Shown in pieces: positions 41,955 to 54,825 of a stretch of 64,000 nt of DNA. Position 1 is the first letter of the stretch. Every line of letters begins with the position of its first letter. The position numbers and the translations under genes were made by a program. The DNA lies in contig NHCB01000008.1 of the NCBI GenBank assembly GCA_002167745.1, positions 18,202 to 82,201 of the forward strand. Reading direction: 5' to 3'. This DNA is from Betaproteobacteria bacterium TMED22. Lineage in GTDB: Bacteria; Pseudomonadota; Gammaproteobacteria; Burkholderiales; Eutrophovitaceae. The notes below the pieces were generated by a model. That model was not told the origin of the DNA. It did not search any database and saw only the letters and a program-made list of their open reading frames with translations.

Positions 41955-42731
41955 TCAATCTTCTCCTAAATACGCTGCGCGCACGCTAGGATTGTTCGAC
42001 ACGTCAGAGTATTTCCCTTCGGCGATTTTTTCACCGTAATTAAGCACAACGCAAGTATCTGAAACCTTATTAATGAGTTCCATCTCATGCTCTATTAATA
42101 TGGTCGATAGTGTAGGGTGCTGAGCTCTCCAGCCCTGGAGTTCATCCATTAATGCTCTAGTCTCATCAGGCGTCATACCAGCTGAAGGCTCGTCGAGCAA
42201 CAAAATTTTAGGTTCGCTGATCAAAGCACGACATACTTCCACACGACGTCGATCGATCATAGAAAGTGAGGATATCGGCTTCAAAAGCAGTGCAGCCAAA
42301 TCCGGACTAAACCGACGCAACAAGTCTTCAGCTATCTCGGTTTGTTCTTTTAGTTGGGACTTAAAGTACTTACGATCAAATATGTTTCGCCAAATACCAA
42401 AGTTCAGATTACGCTGATTGCCAATAATAAGGTTGTCAAGTACGGATAGAGAGGTCGCCAACCTCAAACGCTGGAAAGTGCGCGTTATCCCATAACCGTA
42501 GACCTTGTTTGGAGAGACCCCAGTAATATCCTTACCGTGCAAAAAGACATTTCCAGATGCGGGCCGATAAATACCTGTAAGCGCATTAAAGAAAGTCGTT
42601 TTCCCTGATCCATTGGGGCCGATAAGCCCTAAGAACTGCCCTTCACATAATTCAAAATCTAGGCCGTTCAACGCCTTAAGACCGCCAAACTTCACGGTTA
42701 GATCTTCCGTTTTTAATACGGCCGGCCTCAC
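41955..42731 (-). CDS. LivG-type ABC ATPase
   Basis: 258 aa with Walker A GPNGSGKTT and the LivG-type insertion. Confidence 0.85.
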   Translation of the reverse strand: MRPAVLKTEDLTVKFGGLKALNGLDFELCEGQFLGLIGPNGSGKTTFFNALTGIYRPASGNVFLHGKDITGVSPNKVYGYGITRTFQRLRLATSLSVLDNLIIGNQRNLNFGIWRNIFDRKYFKSQLKEQTEIAEDLLRRFSPDLAALLLKPISSLSMIDRRRVEVCRALISEPKILLLDEPSAGMTPDETRALMDELQGWRAQHPTLSTILIEHEMELINKVSDTCVVLNYGEKIAEGKYSDVSNNPSVRAAYLGED

Positions 42732-43879
42732 GCGGAGCTACCTGTAAAATATTGCCGAAGACCTCGAGGGATCAAGCCATTAGGCCTAAACCGAAGTATT
42801 AAAATCACTACAATCCCAAATAGTAGTAATCGATACTCTTGGATTACTTGAAATTTTTCCGGCAAAACAACAATTAACAACGCCGCTGGTATCACTGCCA
42901 CCGCATTCCCGATGCCGCCCAAAAGTACTATGGACACAAGAAGTAAGGAATCGGCAAAATTAAAACTCGCCGGTGCTATGAAACCGGACATCGCAGCATA
43001 TACTGCTCCCGCTAAACCAGCGAAAAAGTTTCCCACCATAAACGCCGTTATTTTCCAGCGCGGTGCATTAATTCCAAACGAAGCGGAAGCAACCTCGTCT
43101 AAACGAACTGAATCCATATTCAAACCAAACCAAGAGGCCTCAATCAAACGAGTCAACAAATAAGCGGCGGCGGCCAACAAAAGGGCAGCTATCGCATACG
43201 CCATATAAAATGAGCCCCCACCCAATACAGAGGGAAAACTATTAGCAAAATCCCATCCAAGTATCTCTAAGCCATCTACCTTTAAGCCCTGTGGTCCTCC
43301 AAAAACGTCGTTCACCTCTAAAAAAGTACGCAAAAGTATCCCGAATGCTATTGTGATCAGTGCTGCATAGTGGCCTCTAGTTCTAAGTATTGGCAATATT
43401 AATAACGCACCTAACAGTGCGGAAATAAGTCCACTAAACAGAATGATTACCAAATCTGGTACTGCGTGAAAATTGTGGTTTAATACCGCCATCGAGTACG
43501 CCCCGATACCAAAAAACGCGATAGCGGCAAAATTAACCAAGCCTGCAAATCCAAATTGAATTGTTAAACCAAGACTAACGGTTACGTAGAGCAAGACCGT
43601 CGTTAGCATTAACAATGCAAAATGCTCATGACGTAGCAGCAAAATCAACGCTAAAACACCAAGAACAAAACTAACTAACGTAAACCTTGGCATCATTCGC
43701 GCCGCTGTTTGGAAATAAATCAACATATTCGCTCGTTTTAAAAGCAAAATTGCCACGGGTAACGTAACCAACAACAATCCAATTTCCCACTCGTGCTCTA
43801 AATAAAGAAACCCATACAGAACGATAACGCTGAGACTAATACCTATTAGGATTACTAGTTGAGTTTTGAGTTGCGACAT
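42728..43879 (-). CDS. LivM-type ABC permease
   Basis: Polytopic permease. Start set at the Met at 43879 (5 nt after the livH-type stop); the ORF extends to 43933. Confidence 0.8.
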   Translation of the reverse strand: MSQLKTQLVILIGISLSVIVLYGFLYLEHEWEIGLLLVTLPVAILLLKRANMLIYFQTAARMMPRFTLVSFVLGVLALILLLRHEHFALLMLTTVLLYVTVSLGLTIQFGFAGLVNFAAIAFFGIGAYSMAVLNHNFHAVPDLVIILFSGLISALLGALLILPILRTRGHYAALITIAFGILLRTFLEVNDVFGGPQGLKVDGLEILGWDFANSFPSVLGGGSFYMAYAIAALLLAAAAYLLTRLIEASWFGLNMDSVRLDEVASASFGINAPRWKITAFMVGNFFAGLAGAVYAAMSGFIAPASFNFADSLLLVSIVLLGGIGNAVAVIPAALLIVVLPEKFQVIQEYRLLLFGIVVILILRFRPNGLIPRGLRQYFTGSSA

Positions 43880-43884
43880 CGGGA

Positions 43885-44799
43885 TTAAACTCTCTCCGCT
43901 GACCGGTCTGCCAACAAGCCTGTTGGCCGCCATGCCATAAGCATAATTATGACCGTAAACGCAAACACATCCTTATATGCCGGGACGCTGAACCATATCG
44001 CACCTAACGTTTGCAAAAACGCAAAAAGTAATCCGCCAACAATTGCTCCATAAATACTTCCCAACCCCCCAACGACGGCGGCACTAAACCCAATAACCCC
44101 CAACATAAGTCCCATGCTGAAATTAATCTCTTGATAGTAAAGGCCCGTGCTAATACCAGATAGCGCTGCAAGACCTGAGCCCAATGCGAAAGTCATCAAT
44201 ACCGTTTTATTAAAATTAATACCCATAAGTCGAGCCGTTTCCTCATCTTGGGCAACTGCTCTTATAGCCAGGCCCATTCGGGTTTTTTGAATGAATAAAT
44301 GAGTTAAAACGATCGCCATTGCCCCAGTGAAAATAAGGATGACGCTATCTAATCGTAAATTAAGATTCCCCCAATTGATCGAGGTCTCGGGCAATAAAGC
44401 CGGAAAAGGTTTTGGGTTAGACCCGTTTGGAAAAAATAACCGAACGCCCTCTCGAATAACCGAACCAAACATAAGAGTAATAAGCAGTGTATTTAATGGT
44501 GGGGATTCCTTAAGAGGCAGAACCAAAAACTTACAAAGTAGAGCGCCAAGTAACGCCATAGCCACCACACCTAAACACAACATAATAGTTAAAGATAACC
44601 ATGCAGGGGTAGAGAGTTGATCTAAGCCTAAAAATAGTGCGAGCGCAGTAAACGCACCCAGCATTAAAACGTCTCCGTGAGAAAACTTAATAACGTCGAG
44701 CACACCAAAAAACAACGTAAAACCGACGGCGACTAATGCGTAAGTTATTCCCTGAACAAGCCCGTTTATTAGGTATTGCGCAAAAAATCCGGGATCCAT
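43885..44799 (-). CDS. LivH-type ABC permease
   Basis: 304 aa; N-terminus FAQYLINGLVQGITYALVAVGFTLFFGV is typical of LivH. Confidence 0.85.
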   Translation of the reverse strand: MDPGFFAQYLINGLVQGITYALVAVGFTLFFGVLDVIKFSHGDVLMLGAFTALALFLGLDQLSTPAWLSLTIMLCLGVVAMALLGALLCKFLVLPLKESPPLNTLLITLMFGSVIREGVRLFFPNGSNPKPFPALLPETSINWGNLNLRLDSVILIFTGAMAIVLTHLFIQKTRMGLAIRAVAQDEETARLMGINFNKTVLMTFALGSGLAALSGISTGLYYQEINFSMGLMLGVIGFSAAVVGGLGSIYGAIVGGLLFAFLQTLGAIWFSVPAYKDVFAFTVIIMLMAWRPTGLLADRSAERV

Positions 44800-44818
44800 T
44801 TATGTCGACCGAATCTCG

Positions 44819-45979
44819 TTACTTCAACGAGCGATTGCCCGATGCGTACTCACTATCTTCCCAAAGTACCCAGCTCCCATCTTGAATCACATATTTAGTA
44901 ATTAATGCAATGGTATTTTGGCCGTGGCTATCGAAAGTAATAGGCCCAATAATTGACTCGTGTTCCCGAATAAGGTTGAGCTCTTGTCGTATCAGCGTGC
45001 GGTCGGGGCCAACTTTTTCGATTACGTCGATGATTAGATCTGTCGCTGCAAATGCAAACGCGCCATAGGCTTCAGCGGGCTCATTAAAATCGCGCGCCTC
45101 ATAGGCTCGCATAAACATTTTTCCGCCAGGCAACTTCTCCGTTGGTGCGCCCTCCCGAAAAGCGAGGACCCCCTCGGCCAACTCGCCCACACCATCTATG
45201 AAAGCATCCGATACAATTCCTGATGTCCCTTGGAATACCTGCCCCATACCAAGCTTATCCATTTGAGCGCGAATCCGAACACCTGTTGGCGCGAGACCAC
45301 CAAAATAAATCACCTCCGGATTCAGCACCTTAATTTTTGTCAGTTCAGCAGTGAAATCTTGCTGATCAGGGTTTACCCCGAATGTGCCTAAAATCGTTCC
45401 ACTTCGTTCGGTTAAAGCTTTTTTAAAATATTTAAAATGTCCCTTACCGTAATCGGTTGTGTCATGAATAACTGCCCAGGTCGAGAAGCCTTGTTCAGTC
45501 ATAAACTCTGCCGCGACCATATTTTGATTTATCATCGTGCCGTTAACACGGTGGATCTCCGGGTGATCATTCCCATAAGTAATGTCCGGCAGGACGGCAC
45601 CCCAAACAATAACGGGCAATCCAAACTTGTGGTACACATCGACCGTACCCATAGCAACAGCTGAACAATAATGAGTTACACCCGCAACTATATTTTTATC
45701 TGCCGCCGCTTTTGTTGCGACCTGAACGCCGATGTTGGGCTTACATTCGTCGTCTAATGGAACCAGTTCGTACTTGTAGTTGCTATCCGGTGATTCGTTA
45801 CGCAAACTTATGGCTAAATCAGCGGAGTTGCGCCCACCTAAGCCACCTGCTGATACCCCACCTGTCAATGGGCCTATGAAAGTTATCTTTATAGTCTCGG
45901 GTTGATCACTACAGCCAATCAAAAAAACACAACAAATAAGAAAGATAAAAATATTTGGCAGTTTTAATTTGTCTGACAT
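44819..45979 (-). CDS. LivK-type (type I periplasmic) substrate-binding lipoprotein
   Basis: 386 aa with lipobox LIGC and the IGPLTGG motif of branched-chain amino acid/amide binding proteins. Confidence 0.8.
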   Translation of the reverse strand: MSDKLKLPNIFIFLICCVFLIGCSDQPETIKITFIGPLTGGVSAGGLGGRNSADLAISLRNESPDSNYKYELVPLDDECKPNIGVQVATKAAADKNIVAGVTHYCSAVAMGTVDVYHKFGLPVIVWGAVLPDITYGNDHPEIHRVNGTMINQNMVAAEFMTEQGFSTWAVIHDTTDYGKGHFKYFKKALTERSGTILGTFGVNPDQQDFTAELTKIKVLNPEVIYFGGLAPTGVRIRAQMDKLGMGQVFQGTSGIVSDAFIDGVGELAEGVLAFREGAPTEKLPGGKMFMRAYEARDFNEPAEAYGAFAFAATDLIIDVIEKVGPDRTLIRQELNLIREHESIIGPITFDSHGQNTIALITKYVIQDGSWVLWEDSEYASGNRSLK

Positions 45980-46030
45980 AAATTGAAATCGATTTTCATA
46001 AATTAGTTAACTTAATCATCTTAACAGACA

Positions 46031-46057
46031 TAAAAAAAGGCAGCACCGGCTGCCTTT
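46031..46057 (-). terminator. Rho-independent terminator after atpC
   Basis: The minus strand reads AAAGGCAGC-CGGT-GCTGCCTTT followed by TTTTTTA, 27 nt after the atpC stop. Confidence 0.75.
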
Positions 46058-46083
46058 AGTGTCACTCATTCTCACCATGAACT

Positions 46084-46503
46084 TTAATGTTTACGCAACT
46101 TTCTAATTTCAGCGAGCTGTGCCCCGAGCATTGCCAACTCAGCTTCGACGGTAGCGATTTCTTGCTTGTCGGTAGACGCGTTGAGCGCTTCTTCTGCTCG
46201 TTTTTTAGCTTCTAGCGCGCGCGCTTCATCCAAATCATCACTTCGAATCGCAGTATCAGCCATAACCGTCACCGATCCAGGTTGCACCTCCAAGATTCCG
46301 CCGGCAACAAATATCGCCATCTCCTCTTTCGATTCTAGCGTCTGTATTCGCACCGACCCGGCTTTAATCCTTGTGATAAGGGGCGTATGTTTGGGATAGA
46401 TACCTAAATCACCAAGCTCTCCTGGTACGACAATGAAAGACGCCTCTCCAGAAAAGACTGATTCTTCTGCGCTAACCACTTCTACCTGAATGGTGCTTGC
46501 CAT
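46084..46503 (-). CDS. atpC: ATP synthase F1 epsilon
   Basis: 139 aa, last gene of the atp operon; typical N-terminal beta sandwich and C-terminal helices. Confidence 0.9.
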   Translation of the reverse strand: MASTIQVEVVSAEESVFSGEASFIVVPGELGDLGIYPKHTPLITRIKAGSVRIQTLESKEEMAIFVAGGILEVQPGSVTVMADTAIRSDDLDEARALEAKKRAEEALNASTDKQEIATVEAELAMLGAQLAEIRKLRKH

Positions 46504-46562
46504 AATGTCCCCAACGAACTCCGATTAACCTTGATTAATATATAAAACGCTTAACTATTTTT

Positions 46563-47987
<1,425 letters not shown>

Positions 47988-48009
47988 TTAAAAAAAATTC
48001 TATTAAAAA

Positions 48010-48873
48010 TTAAACTGCTGACGCACCGCTAACAATTTCAGATAGCTCTTGCGTAATAGCGGCTTGGCGCGATTTGTTATAAACAAGGGTCAACTCATCT
48101 ATGAGTGTGGCAGCATTGTCTGACGCAGATTTCATCGCCACCATTCTCGCTGATTGTTCGGACGACATATTTTCAGCTACCGATTGGTAAACCACCGCCT
48201 CGATGTAACGGTTCAAAACTTGATCTAGTACCTCTTTTGCATCGGGTTCATAGATGTAGTCCCAAGCACCAGTTGGTACACCAAGGCTCTCGCCCTTTAC
48301 CGGCAATAGCTGTTCCATCGTCGGCTCTTGCTTCATGGTATTGATAAACTTATTATAAAACAGTACAACTTGGTCAAACTTGTCTTCGTTATATCCGTCA
48401 AGCACAACTTTAATTGCTCCTAATATGGCTTCCATCTTAGGAGCATCACCCAAGCCACTGACTTCAGCAACAACGTTAGCACCAAGCCGCTGCATGAATC
48501 CTACGCCTTTGCTACCAATACAACACACATCGACTTCCTCGCCGTCTGCTTGCCACTCTTTATACTGAGCTAACGCCATCCTTAAAACATTTGTATTTAA
48601 TGCACCGCATAATCCCTTATCGGTCGTCACAACAATCATTGCTGCCCGCTTTACGGTATCTCTCTCAGTTAAATAGGGATGTCTATATTCGGGATTGGCA
48701 TGGGAAATATTAGCCGCGACAGCCCGTATTTTGTCTCCAAACGGTCTTGCAGCGCGCATTCGTTCCTGAGCTTTTCTCATTTTAGATGCCGCCACCATTT
48801 CCATCGCTTTGGTGATCTTGCTCGTGTTTTGCACACTTTTAATTTTGTTTCTAATTTCCTTGGTGCCTGCCAT
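48010..48873 (-). CDS. atpG: ATP synthase F1 gamma
   Basis: 287 aa; [36 protein letters not shown]. Confidence 0.95.
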   Translation of the reverse strand: MAGTKEIRNKIKSVQNTSKITKAMEMVAASKMRKAQERMRAARPFGDKIRAVAANISHANPEYRHPYLTERDTVKRAAMIVVTTDKGLCGALNTNVLRMALAQYKEWQADGEEVDVCCIGSKGVGFMQRLGANVVAEVSGLGDAPKMEAILGAIKVVLDGYNEDKFDQVVLFYNKFINTMKQEPTMEQLLPVKGESLGVPTGAWDYIYEPDAKEVLDQVLNRYIEAVVYQSVAENMSSEQSARMVAMKSASDNAATLIDELTLVYNKSRQAAITQELSEIVSGASAV

Positions 48874-48925
48874 CCTAAAATCTTTCTATCATCATTATTT
48901 TGATGTGGTTATTTTTTCCTGAAAC

Positions 48926-50473
48926 TTAGTAGGTCCCGCTAACCTTCCACTCTTGAATTGCGGTTTTAAGCGCTTCTTCGTCTTCTTTAGTGAGGTTATT
49001 AGTTTCATCAATACGTGCGATTAAATCTGCATTTTTACTCTTGAGAAAATCCCTCATTGCCTTCTCAGCTGCCAACGCCTTACTGACTTCCATGCCATCG
49101 AAAACATCATTATTCAGCGCAAACAATGTTACTGCCATTTCCCAAACTTCCATTGGTTGGTATTGAGGTTGCTTCATTAGCTCAGTAGCCATTTGGCCGC
49201 GCTCAAGTTGGCGACGGGTGGCTTCGTCAAGGTCTGAGGCAAACTGAGCGAAGGCGGCAAGCTCTCGATACTGGGCTAACGCTAAACGAACACCTCCGCC
49301 GGTATCCTTACGTTTCATGATTTTAGTTTGCGCCGCACCACCCACCCGGGACACAGATACCCCCGCATTAATCGCTGGCCTCACTCCCGCGTTAAACAGG
49401 TCCGTTTCCAGAAAAATCTGGCCATCAGTAATCGAAATTACATTAGTGGGTACAAATGCAGACACATCACCAGCCTGAGTCTCAATGATTGGTAGCGCAG
49501 TCAACGATCCGGTTTTGTCCTTTACCGCTCCGTTGGTGTGGCGCTCTACCCACGCGGTTGACACTCGCGCCGCTCGCTCTAGCAAGCGTGAATGTAAGTA
49601 AAAAACGTCACCTGGGTAAGCCTCTCGGCCTGGTGGTCGTCTTAACAATAATGATATCTGCCTATATGCCCAGGCTTGTTTCGTTAAGTCATCGTAAATA
49701 ATCAGGGCATCTTCGCCACGATCTCGGAAATACTCGCCCATCGTGCACCCAGAATAAGCCGCGATGTATTGCATGGCTGCCGACTCTGATGCCGTCGCGG
49801 CAACGACTATCGTGTATTCCATTGCTCCGTGTTCCTCTAGCTTTCGAACCACGTTAGCTACTGTTGAAGCCTTTTGCCCAATCGCTACGTATACACAGAA
49901 AAGGTTTTTGCCTTTCTGGTTAATAATAGTATCGACAGCGACGGCAGTTTTGCCTGTTTGACGATCGCCAATAACCAATTCTCGTTGGCCTCTACCCACG
50001 GGAACCATCGCGTCAATCGCTTTTAATCCTGTTTGCACAGGTTCGTCTACGGATTGTCTCCAAATTACGCCCGGAGCTACTTTCTCAATTACGTCCGACT
50101 CTTTCGCATTTATCGGGCCTTTTCCGTCAATAGGCTGACCCAGCGCGTCCACGACACGCCCCAAAAGCTCAGGGCCGACAGGTACTTCAAGAATCTTACC
50201 TGTACACTTTACTGTGTCGCCCTCAGTGATATGGGTATATTCCCCCAGCACCACGGCACCAACCGAATCACGTTCTAGGTTTAACGCCAAACCAAAGGTA
50301 TTGCCTGGAAACTCCAGCATCTCACCTTGCATAACGTCTGAGAGGCCATGTACCCGACATATTCCGTCGGTCACGGAGACCACCGTACCTTGTGTTTTTG
50401 CTTCGGTCGCTGACGCAAGATTTTGGATCTTGCCTTTAATCAGCTCACTAATCTCTGATGGATTCAACTGCAT
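48926..50473 (-). CDS. atpA: ATP synthase F1 alpha
   Basis: 515 aa with Walker A GDRQTGKT. Confidence 0.97.
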   Translation of the reverse strand: MQLNPSEISELIKGKIQNLASATEAKTQGTVVSVTDGICRVHGLSDVMQGEMLEFPGNTFGLALNLERDSVGAVVLGEYTHITEGDTVKCTGKILEVPVGPELLGRVVDALGQPIDGKGPINAKESDVIEKVAPGVIWRQSVDEPVQTGLKAIDAMVPVGRGQRELVIGDRQTGKTAVAVDTIINQKGKNLFCVYVAIGQKASTVANVVRKLEEHGAMEYTIVVAATASESAAMQYIAAYSGCTMGEYFRDRGEDALIIYDDLTKQAWAYRQISLLLRRPPGREAYPGDVFYLHSRLLERAARVSTAWVERHTNGAVKDKTGSLTALPIIETQAGDVSAFVPTNVISITDGQIFLETDLFNAGVRPAINAGVSVSRVGGAAQTKIMKRKDTGGGVRLALAQYRELAAFAQFASDLDEATRRQLERGQMATELMKQPQYQPMEVWEMAVTLFALNNDVFDGMEVSKALAAEKAMRDFLKSKNADLIARIDETNNLTKEDEEALKTAIQEWKVSGTY

Positions 50474-50492
50474 GGATCAATGCTCCTAATAA

Positions 50493-51029
50493 TTAATTCG
50501 TTAAAGTGACCGCCATATGTTGGAGGCGCCCTCTAACCGACGCATCCCACACCTTATCACCAACATGAACTTTTACGCCCCCGATTAAATTGGGGTCTAC
50601 GGCAACGGATGGACTTATTTTTTTATCAAGCTTTTTCGACAAAATATCTGCGATAGCCTTCACCTGCGCCTCATCTAAGTCGAATGCCGACTGAATCACT
50701 GCGCTCACCACGCCTCCATCCTCAGCTTTTAGCGATTCATATTGCCTCACCACGTTGTCAAGGACCGAAAGTCTGCCGTTTCTTACAAGCAACTGAATAA
50801 AATTTCTCGCCTCTTCCGATACTCGGTCAGAGCAAATTGATAGAAATAAATCTTCAACGTCCGTCAACTGGATATCAGGCGCGCTGACAGTTGCCTGAAA
50901 GGTGGCGTCATTTGCAACGCTTTTTAAAAATTCCAAAGCTTCAGACCAAACATCCAAAGCATCGGTCTCTTTCGCTAACGAATAAAGCGCCTGAGCGTAT
51001 GGTCGAGCCAATGTAGTGACTTCGGCCAT
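50493..51029 (-). CDS. atpH: ATP synthase F1 delta (OSCP)
   Basis: 178 aa; LARPYAQALYSLA N-terminus; operon position. Confidence 0.9.
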   Translation of the reverse strand: MAEVTTLARPYAQALYSLAKETDALDVWSEALEFLKSVANDATFQATVSAPDIQLTDVEDLFLSICSDRVSEEARNFIQLLVRNGRLSVLDNVVRQYESLKAEDGGVVSAVIQSAFDLDEAQVKAIADILSKKLDKKISPSVAVDPNLIGGVKVHVGDKVWDASVRGRLQHMAVTLTN

Positions 51030-51033
51030 CGCG

Positions 51034-51507
51034 CTAACCTAGCTCTGATTCAAGTCGCTTAAGCATATCAGCATGCGAATTTGCGTCGATTTCTTTTTGC
51101 AAAATTTGCTCCGCGCCAGCAAGCGCTAATGAAGCCACTTGCACCCGGAGTTGCTCTTTCGCTCGGTTGACTTCTTGCTCAACTTCTGCTTTGGCCGCGG
51201 ATACAATTCGCTCGCCTTCGGCCTTCGCGTGGTTCTTTGCTTCCTCAACAAGCTCCCCAGAACGCTTTTCGGCCTGAGAAATAATCTCCATTGCCTGCTC
51301 CTTCGTCTTTTGAAGCTCCTGATTAACCTTTTCCGCCGCGTCAGCTAACTCTTGTCTGCCTTTTTCGCCGGCCGCTAAACCGTCTGCGATCTCTTTTTGA
51401 CGGTCTTGCATCGCTTTTTGAAGCGGCGGCCAAACATACTTCATGGTCAGCCAAATGAACAAGGCAAACCAGAGCGCTTGGCCTAAAAGTGTTGCGTTAA
51501 TATTCAC
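51034..51507 (-). CDS. atpF: ATP synthase Fo subunit b
   Basis: 157 aa with a single N-terminal TM and a long charged helix; operon position. Confidence 0.9.
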   Translation of the reverse strand: MNINATLLGQALWFALFIWLTMKYVWPPLQKAMQDRQKEIADGLAAGEKGRQELADAAEKVNQELQKTKEQAMEIISQAEKRSGELVEEAKNHAKAEGERIVSAAKAEVEQEVNRAKEQLRVQVASLALAGAEQILQKEIDANSHADMLKRLESELG

Positions 51508-51547
51508 GCTTACCTCCTGCGCCTTAAGTCTCGATTGATGTTACTCA

Positions 51548-51820
<273 letters not shown>

Positions 51821-51862
51821 CTAATACAAAATTTAAGTTATTAAAAATTAAATCTAATTACG

Positions 51863-52654
<792 letters not shown>

Positions 52655-52673
52655 TCACTCTATATAAATAACA

Positions 52674-53042
52674 TTAATTTTTCAGCAAAAGCGCGGCCCA
52701 GTAACTAGCTAAAGTTGCTACATAGGTAACAAACAATGGCGGTGCCGCGATTGGCCCTAACTGCGTAAAGGCCACACCAAAGAGCACGACCGTTATGGCC
52801 AGCTTCCCTGACTCAGCCCTGTAATGAGCCTTAACTAAACTGCGCGGGTCTTGAGTTTTTCCTCTGGAAGACCTCCAAACATAAAAGCATGAAGGAAGCA
52901 GCGCGATTAATCCACCAACCAAAGCTGACTTGCTATCAACCGAAAAACCATGAACCCCTAAAAAGCCAATTAAAAAGACCGACATCACTAGCGCCTGTAA
53001 TCCTAAAACACGCAATGATCCAGTTACCACGACCTTACTCAT
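52674..53042 (-). CDS. atpI: ATP synthase protein I
   Basis: 122 aa small hydrophobic protein, first gene of the atp operon. Confidence 0.75.
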   Translation of the reverse strand: MSKVVVTGSLRVLGLQALVMSVFLIGFLGVHGFSVDSKSALVGGLIALLPSCFYVWRSSRGKTQDPRSLVKAHYRAESGKLAITVVLFGVAFTQLGPIAAPPLFVTYVATLASYWAALLLKN

Positions 53043-53099
53043 ACATTAAGAGAGCGAATCTGGAGGCTCGTAAGTTTTCCTACCCACGAAAAGGACGCT

Positions 53100-53128
53100 A
53101 TTTTAAGGACTCGGCTAATTTGTGTCAA
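53100..53128 (-). promoter_or_regulatory. Candidate sigma70 promoter of the atp operon
   Basis: The minus strand reads TTGACA (53128-53123), a 17-nt spacer, then TAAAAA(AT). Lies in the 115-bp parB-atpI gap. Confidence 0.3.
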
Positions 53129-53157
53129 TGCAGACCACACTAAAAAACCTCCCGCTC

Positions 53158-54024
53158 TCAAGCCCTTAACTTAGCTAAAAGAACTTCCAGCTCATCCAAG
53201 TCTGAGTATGACAAAACGATCTTTCCTGATCCTCTCTTTGTATTAGTAATCTTAACAGGCAAACCAAGGTGTTGAGCCAGACCCTCTTGTAAGTTAACCG
53301 TATCTTGGTCAGGAGTTTGACGACTCTGTCGGTTTTTTGCCTTACCACCAACACGAACATTGACCGCTCCTACCAAGCTCTCTACCTCTCGAACCGTTAA
53401 ATTTAATGCCACGATTCGTTTTGCTAGGTCAGCTTGACGCGCTGCGTCTAAAACTAACAAAGAGCGAGCGTGACCCATCTCTAATCTTTGTTCGCGCAGC
53501 ATTTGCTGGACAGAGGGCGCTAATGACAATAAACGTTGAAGATTTGTCACCGTGCTCCTTGATTTCCCAAGGATGCGAGCCACCGCCTCATGGGTGATTT
53601 CAAACTCTTCGATAAGCCTCTTAATGCCAATGGCCTCATCAATCGCGTTAAGGTCCTCTCTTTGAATGTTCTCTATCAATGCCATCGCCATGGCGGATTT
53701 ATCATCTGCGTTTTTTACTACTACCGGAACAGCGTTCAGGCCCGCTTTCTGAGCGGCCCGCCACCTTCGTTCTCCGGCTATAATCTCGTGCTGTCCGCTT
53801 GATAAGGCTCTTACGACGAGCGGCTGGATAATCCCTTGAGAACGGATAGACTCACTCAGCTCAGCTATTGCGTTTTCGTCCATTCTCGTACGCGGTTGAA
53901 ATTTTCCCGGTTGCAACCCGTCTATAGGTAAGGTTACTACAAGCTCCTTGCTATCACTATTAGCTGGTTTTCCGCTAGAAAAAAGAGCATCTAAGCCCTT
54001 TCCCAATCCTTTTGCTCTAACCAT
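53158..54024 (-). CDS. parB: Chromosome partitioning protein ParB (Spo0J)
   Basis: 288 aa with ParB box GERRWRAA and an HTH region. Confidence 0.93.
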   Translation of the reverse strand: MVRAKGLGKGLDALFSSGKPANSDSKELVVTLPIDGLQPGKFQPRTRMDENAIAELSESIRSQGIIQPLVVRALSSGQHEIIAGERRWRAAQKAGLNAVPVVVKNADDKSAMAMALIENIQREDLNAIDEAIGIKRLIEEFEITHEAVARILGKSRSTVTNLQRLLSLAPSVQQMLREQRLEMGHARSLLVLDAARQADLAKRIVALNLTVREVESLVGAVNVRVGGKAKNRQSRQTPDQDTVNLQEGLAQHLGLPVKITNTKRGSGKIVLSYSDLDELEVLLAKLRA

Positions 54025-54046
54025 AGTATCTAAACGCCTTTGATAG

Positions 54047-54811
54047 TTAGGTAAATCTAGTTAAAAATTCTGTAGAAAGCGATCGATAAGCGATCGCCCC
54101 CTTTGACATCTTGTCATACACCAACACAGGAAGGCCATAACTTGGCGCCTCTGCAACCCGAACGTTCCTCGGTATTACAGTTTTAAACAGCTTGTCACCG
54201 AAGTGCGTATCAAGCTGATCGGAAACTTGCTGGGACAAAGAGCTGCGCCCGTCAAACATTGTTCTGACCAAGCCACCAATCTCAAGATCGGGGTTCAAAT
54301 ATGACTTAATACGTTTAATTGTGTCCACAAGATCAGTCAAGCCCTCTAGAGCGTAGTACTCACATTGCATCGGTATAATCACGTAGTTGGCTGCAGTTAA
54401 GCCGTTTATAGTGAGTAAGCTAAGAGCAGGTGGACAGTCAATAAAAACGAAATCATAGTCATCAGTTACTGACTCTAAAGCTCTTTTGAGTATGGTTTCA
54501 CGACCATTGACTCCGACCAATTCTACTTCAGCACCTGCTAAGTGTTGATTCGCCGTCAGTACGTCGTAACCCGAGGTGGGGCTAATAACTCTGACGGCCC
54601 TGATGATTGCGGATTCAGTCAGAACATCATAAACGCCCGCGTCTGCCTCAGACTTGTCAATACCGCTCCCCGTGGTTGCGTTACCTTGAGGGTCTAAATC
54701 AATGAGGAGCACTCGCTTTCCTTCAGCAGCCACGCCCGTTCCAAGATTAATTGCGGTAGTCGTTTTTGCGACACCTCCTTTTTGATTTGCGATGGCAATA
54801 ATACAAGTCAC
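54047..54811 (-). CDS. parA: Chromosome partitioning ATPase ParA (Soj)
   Basis: 254 aa with the deviant Walker A ANQKGGVAKTTT. Confidence 0.93.
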   Translation of the reverse strand: MTCIIAIANQKGGVAKTTTAINLGTGVAAEGKRVLLIDLDPQGNATTGSGIDKSEADAGVYDVLTESAIIRAVRVISPTSGYDVLTANQHLAGAEVELVGVNGRETILKRALESVTDDYDFVFIDCPPALSLLTINGLTAANYVIIPMQCEYYALEGLTDLVDTIKRIKSYLNPDLEIGGLVRTMFDGRSSLSQQVSDQLDTHFGDKLFKTVIPRNVRVAEAPSYGLPVLVYDKMSKGAIAYRSLSTEFLTRFT

Positions 54812-54825
54812 TTCATCTACCTTTT

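Noticed and set aside
43880-43933. N-terminal ORF extensions: livM-type to 43933, yidC to 60471, msbA to 33360, TauE to 43 nt upstream (37043), TBDR to 35521.
   Set aside because: The extensions overlap the preceding gene, lack similarity to the family N-termini and are basic/low-complexity. Internal Met codons give conventional spacing or ATGA/TGATG coupling.
54488-54505. Second parS inside parA (GTTTCACG).
   Set aside because: Only one half-site matches. The other arm (ACCATTG) matches 1 of 7 consensus positions.
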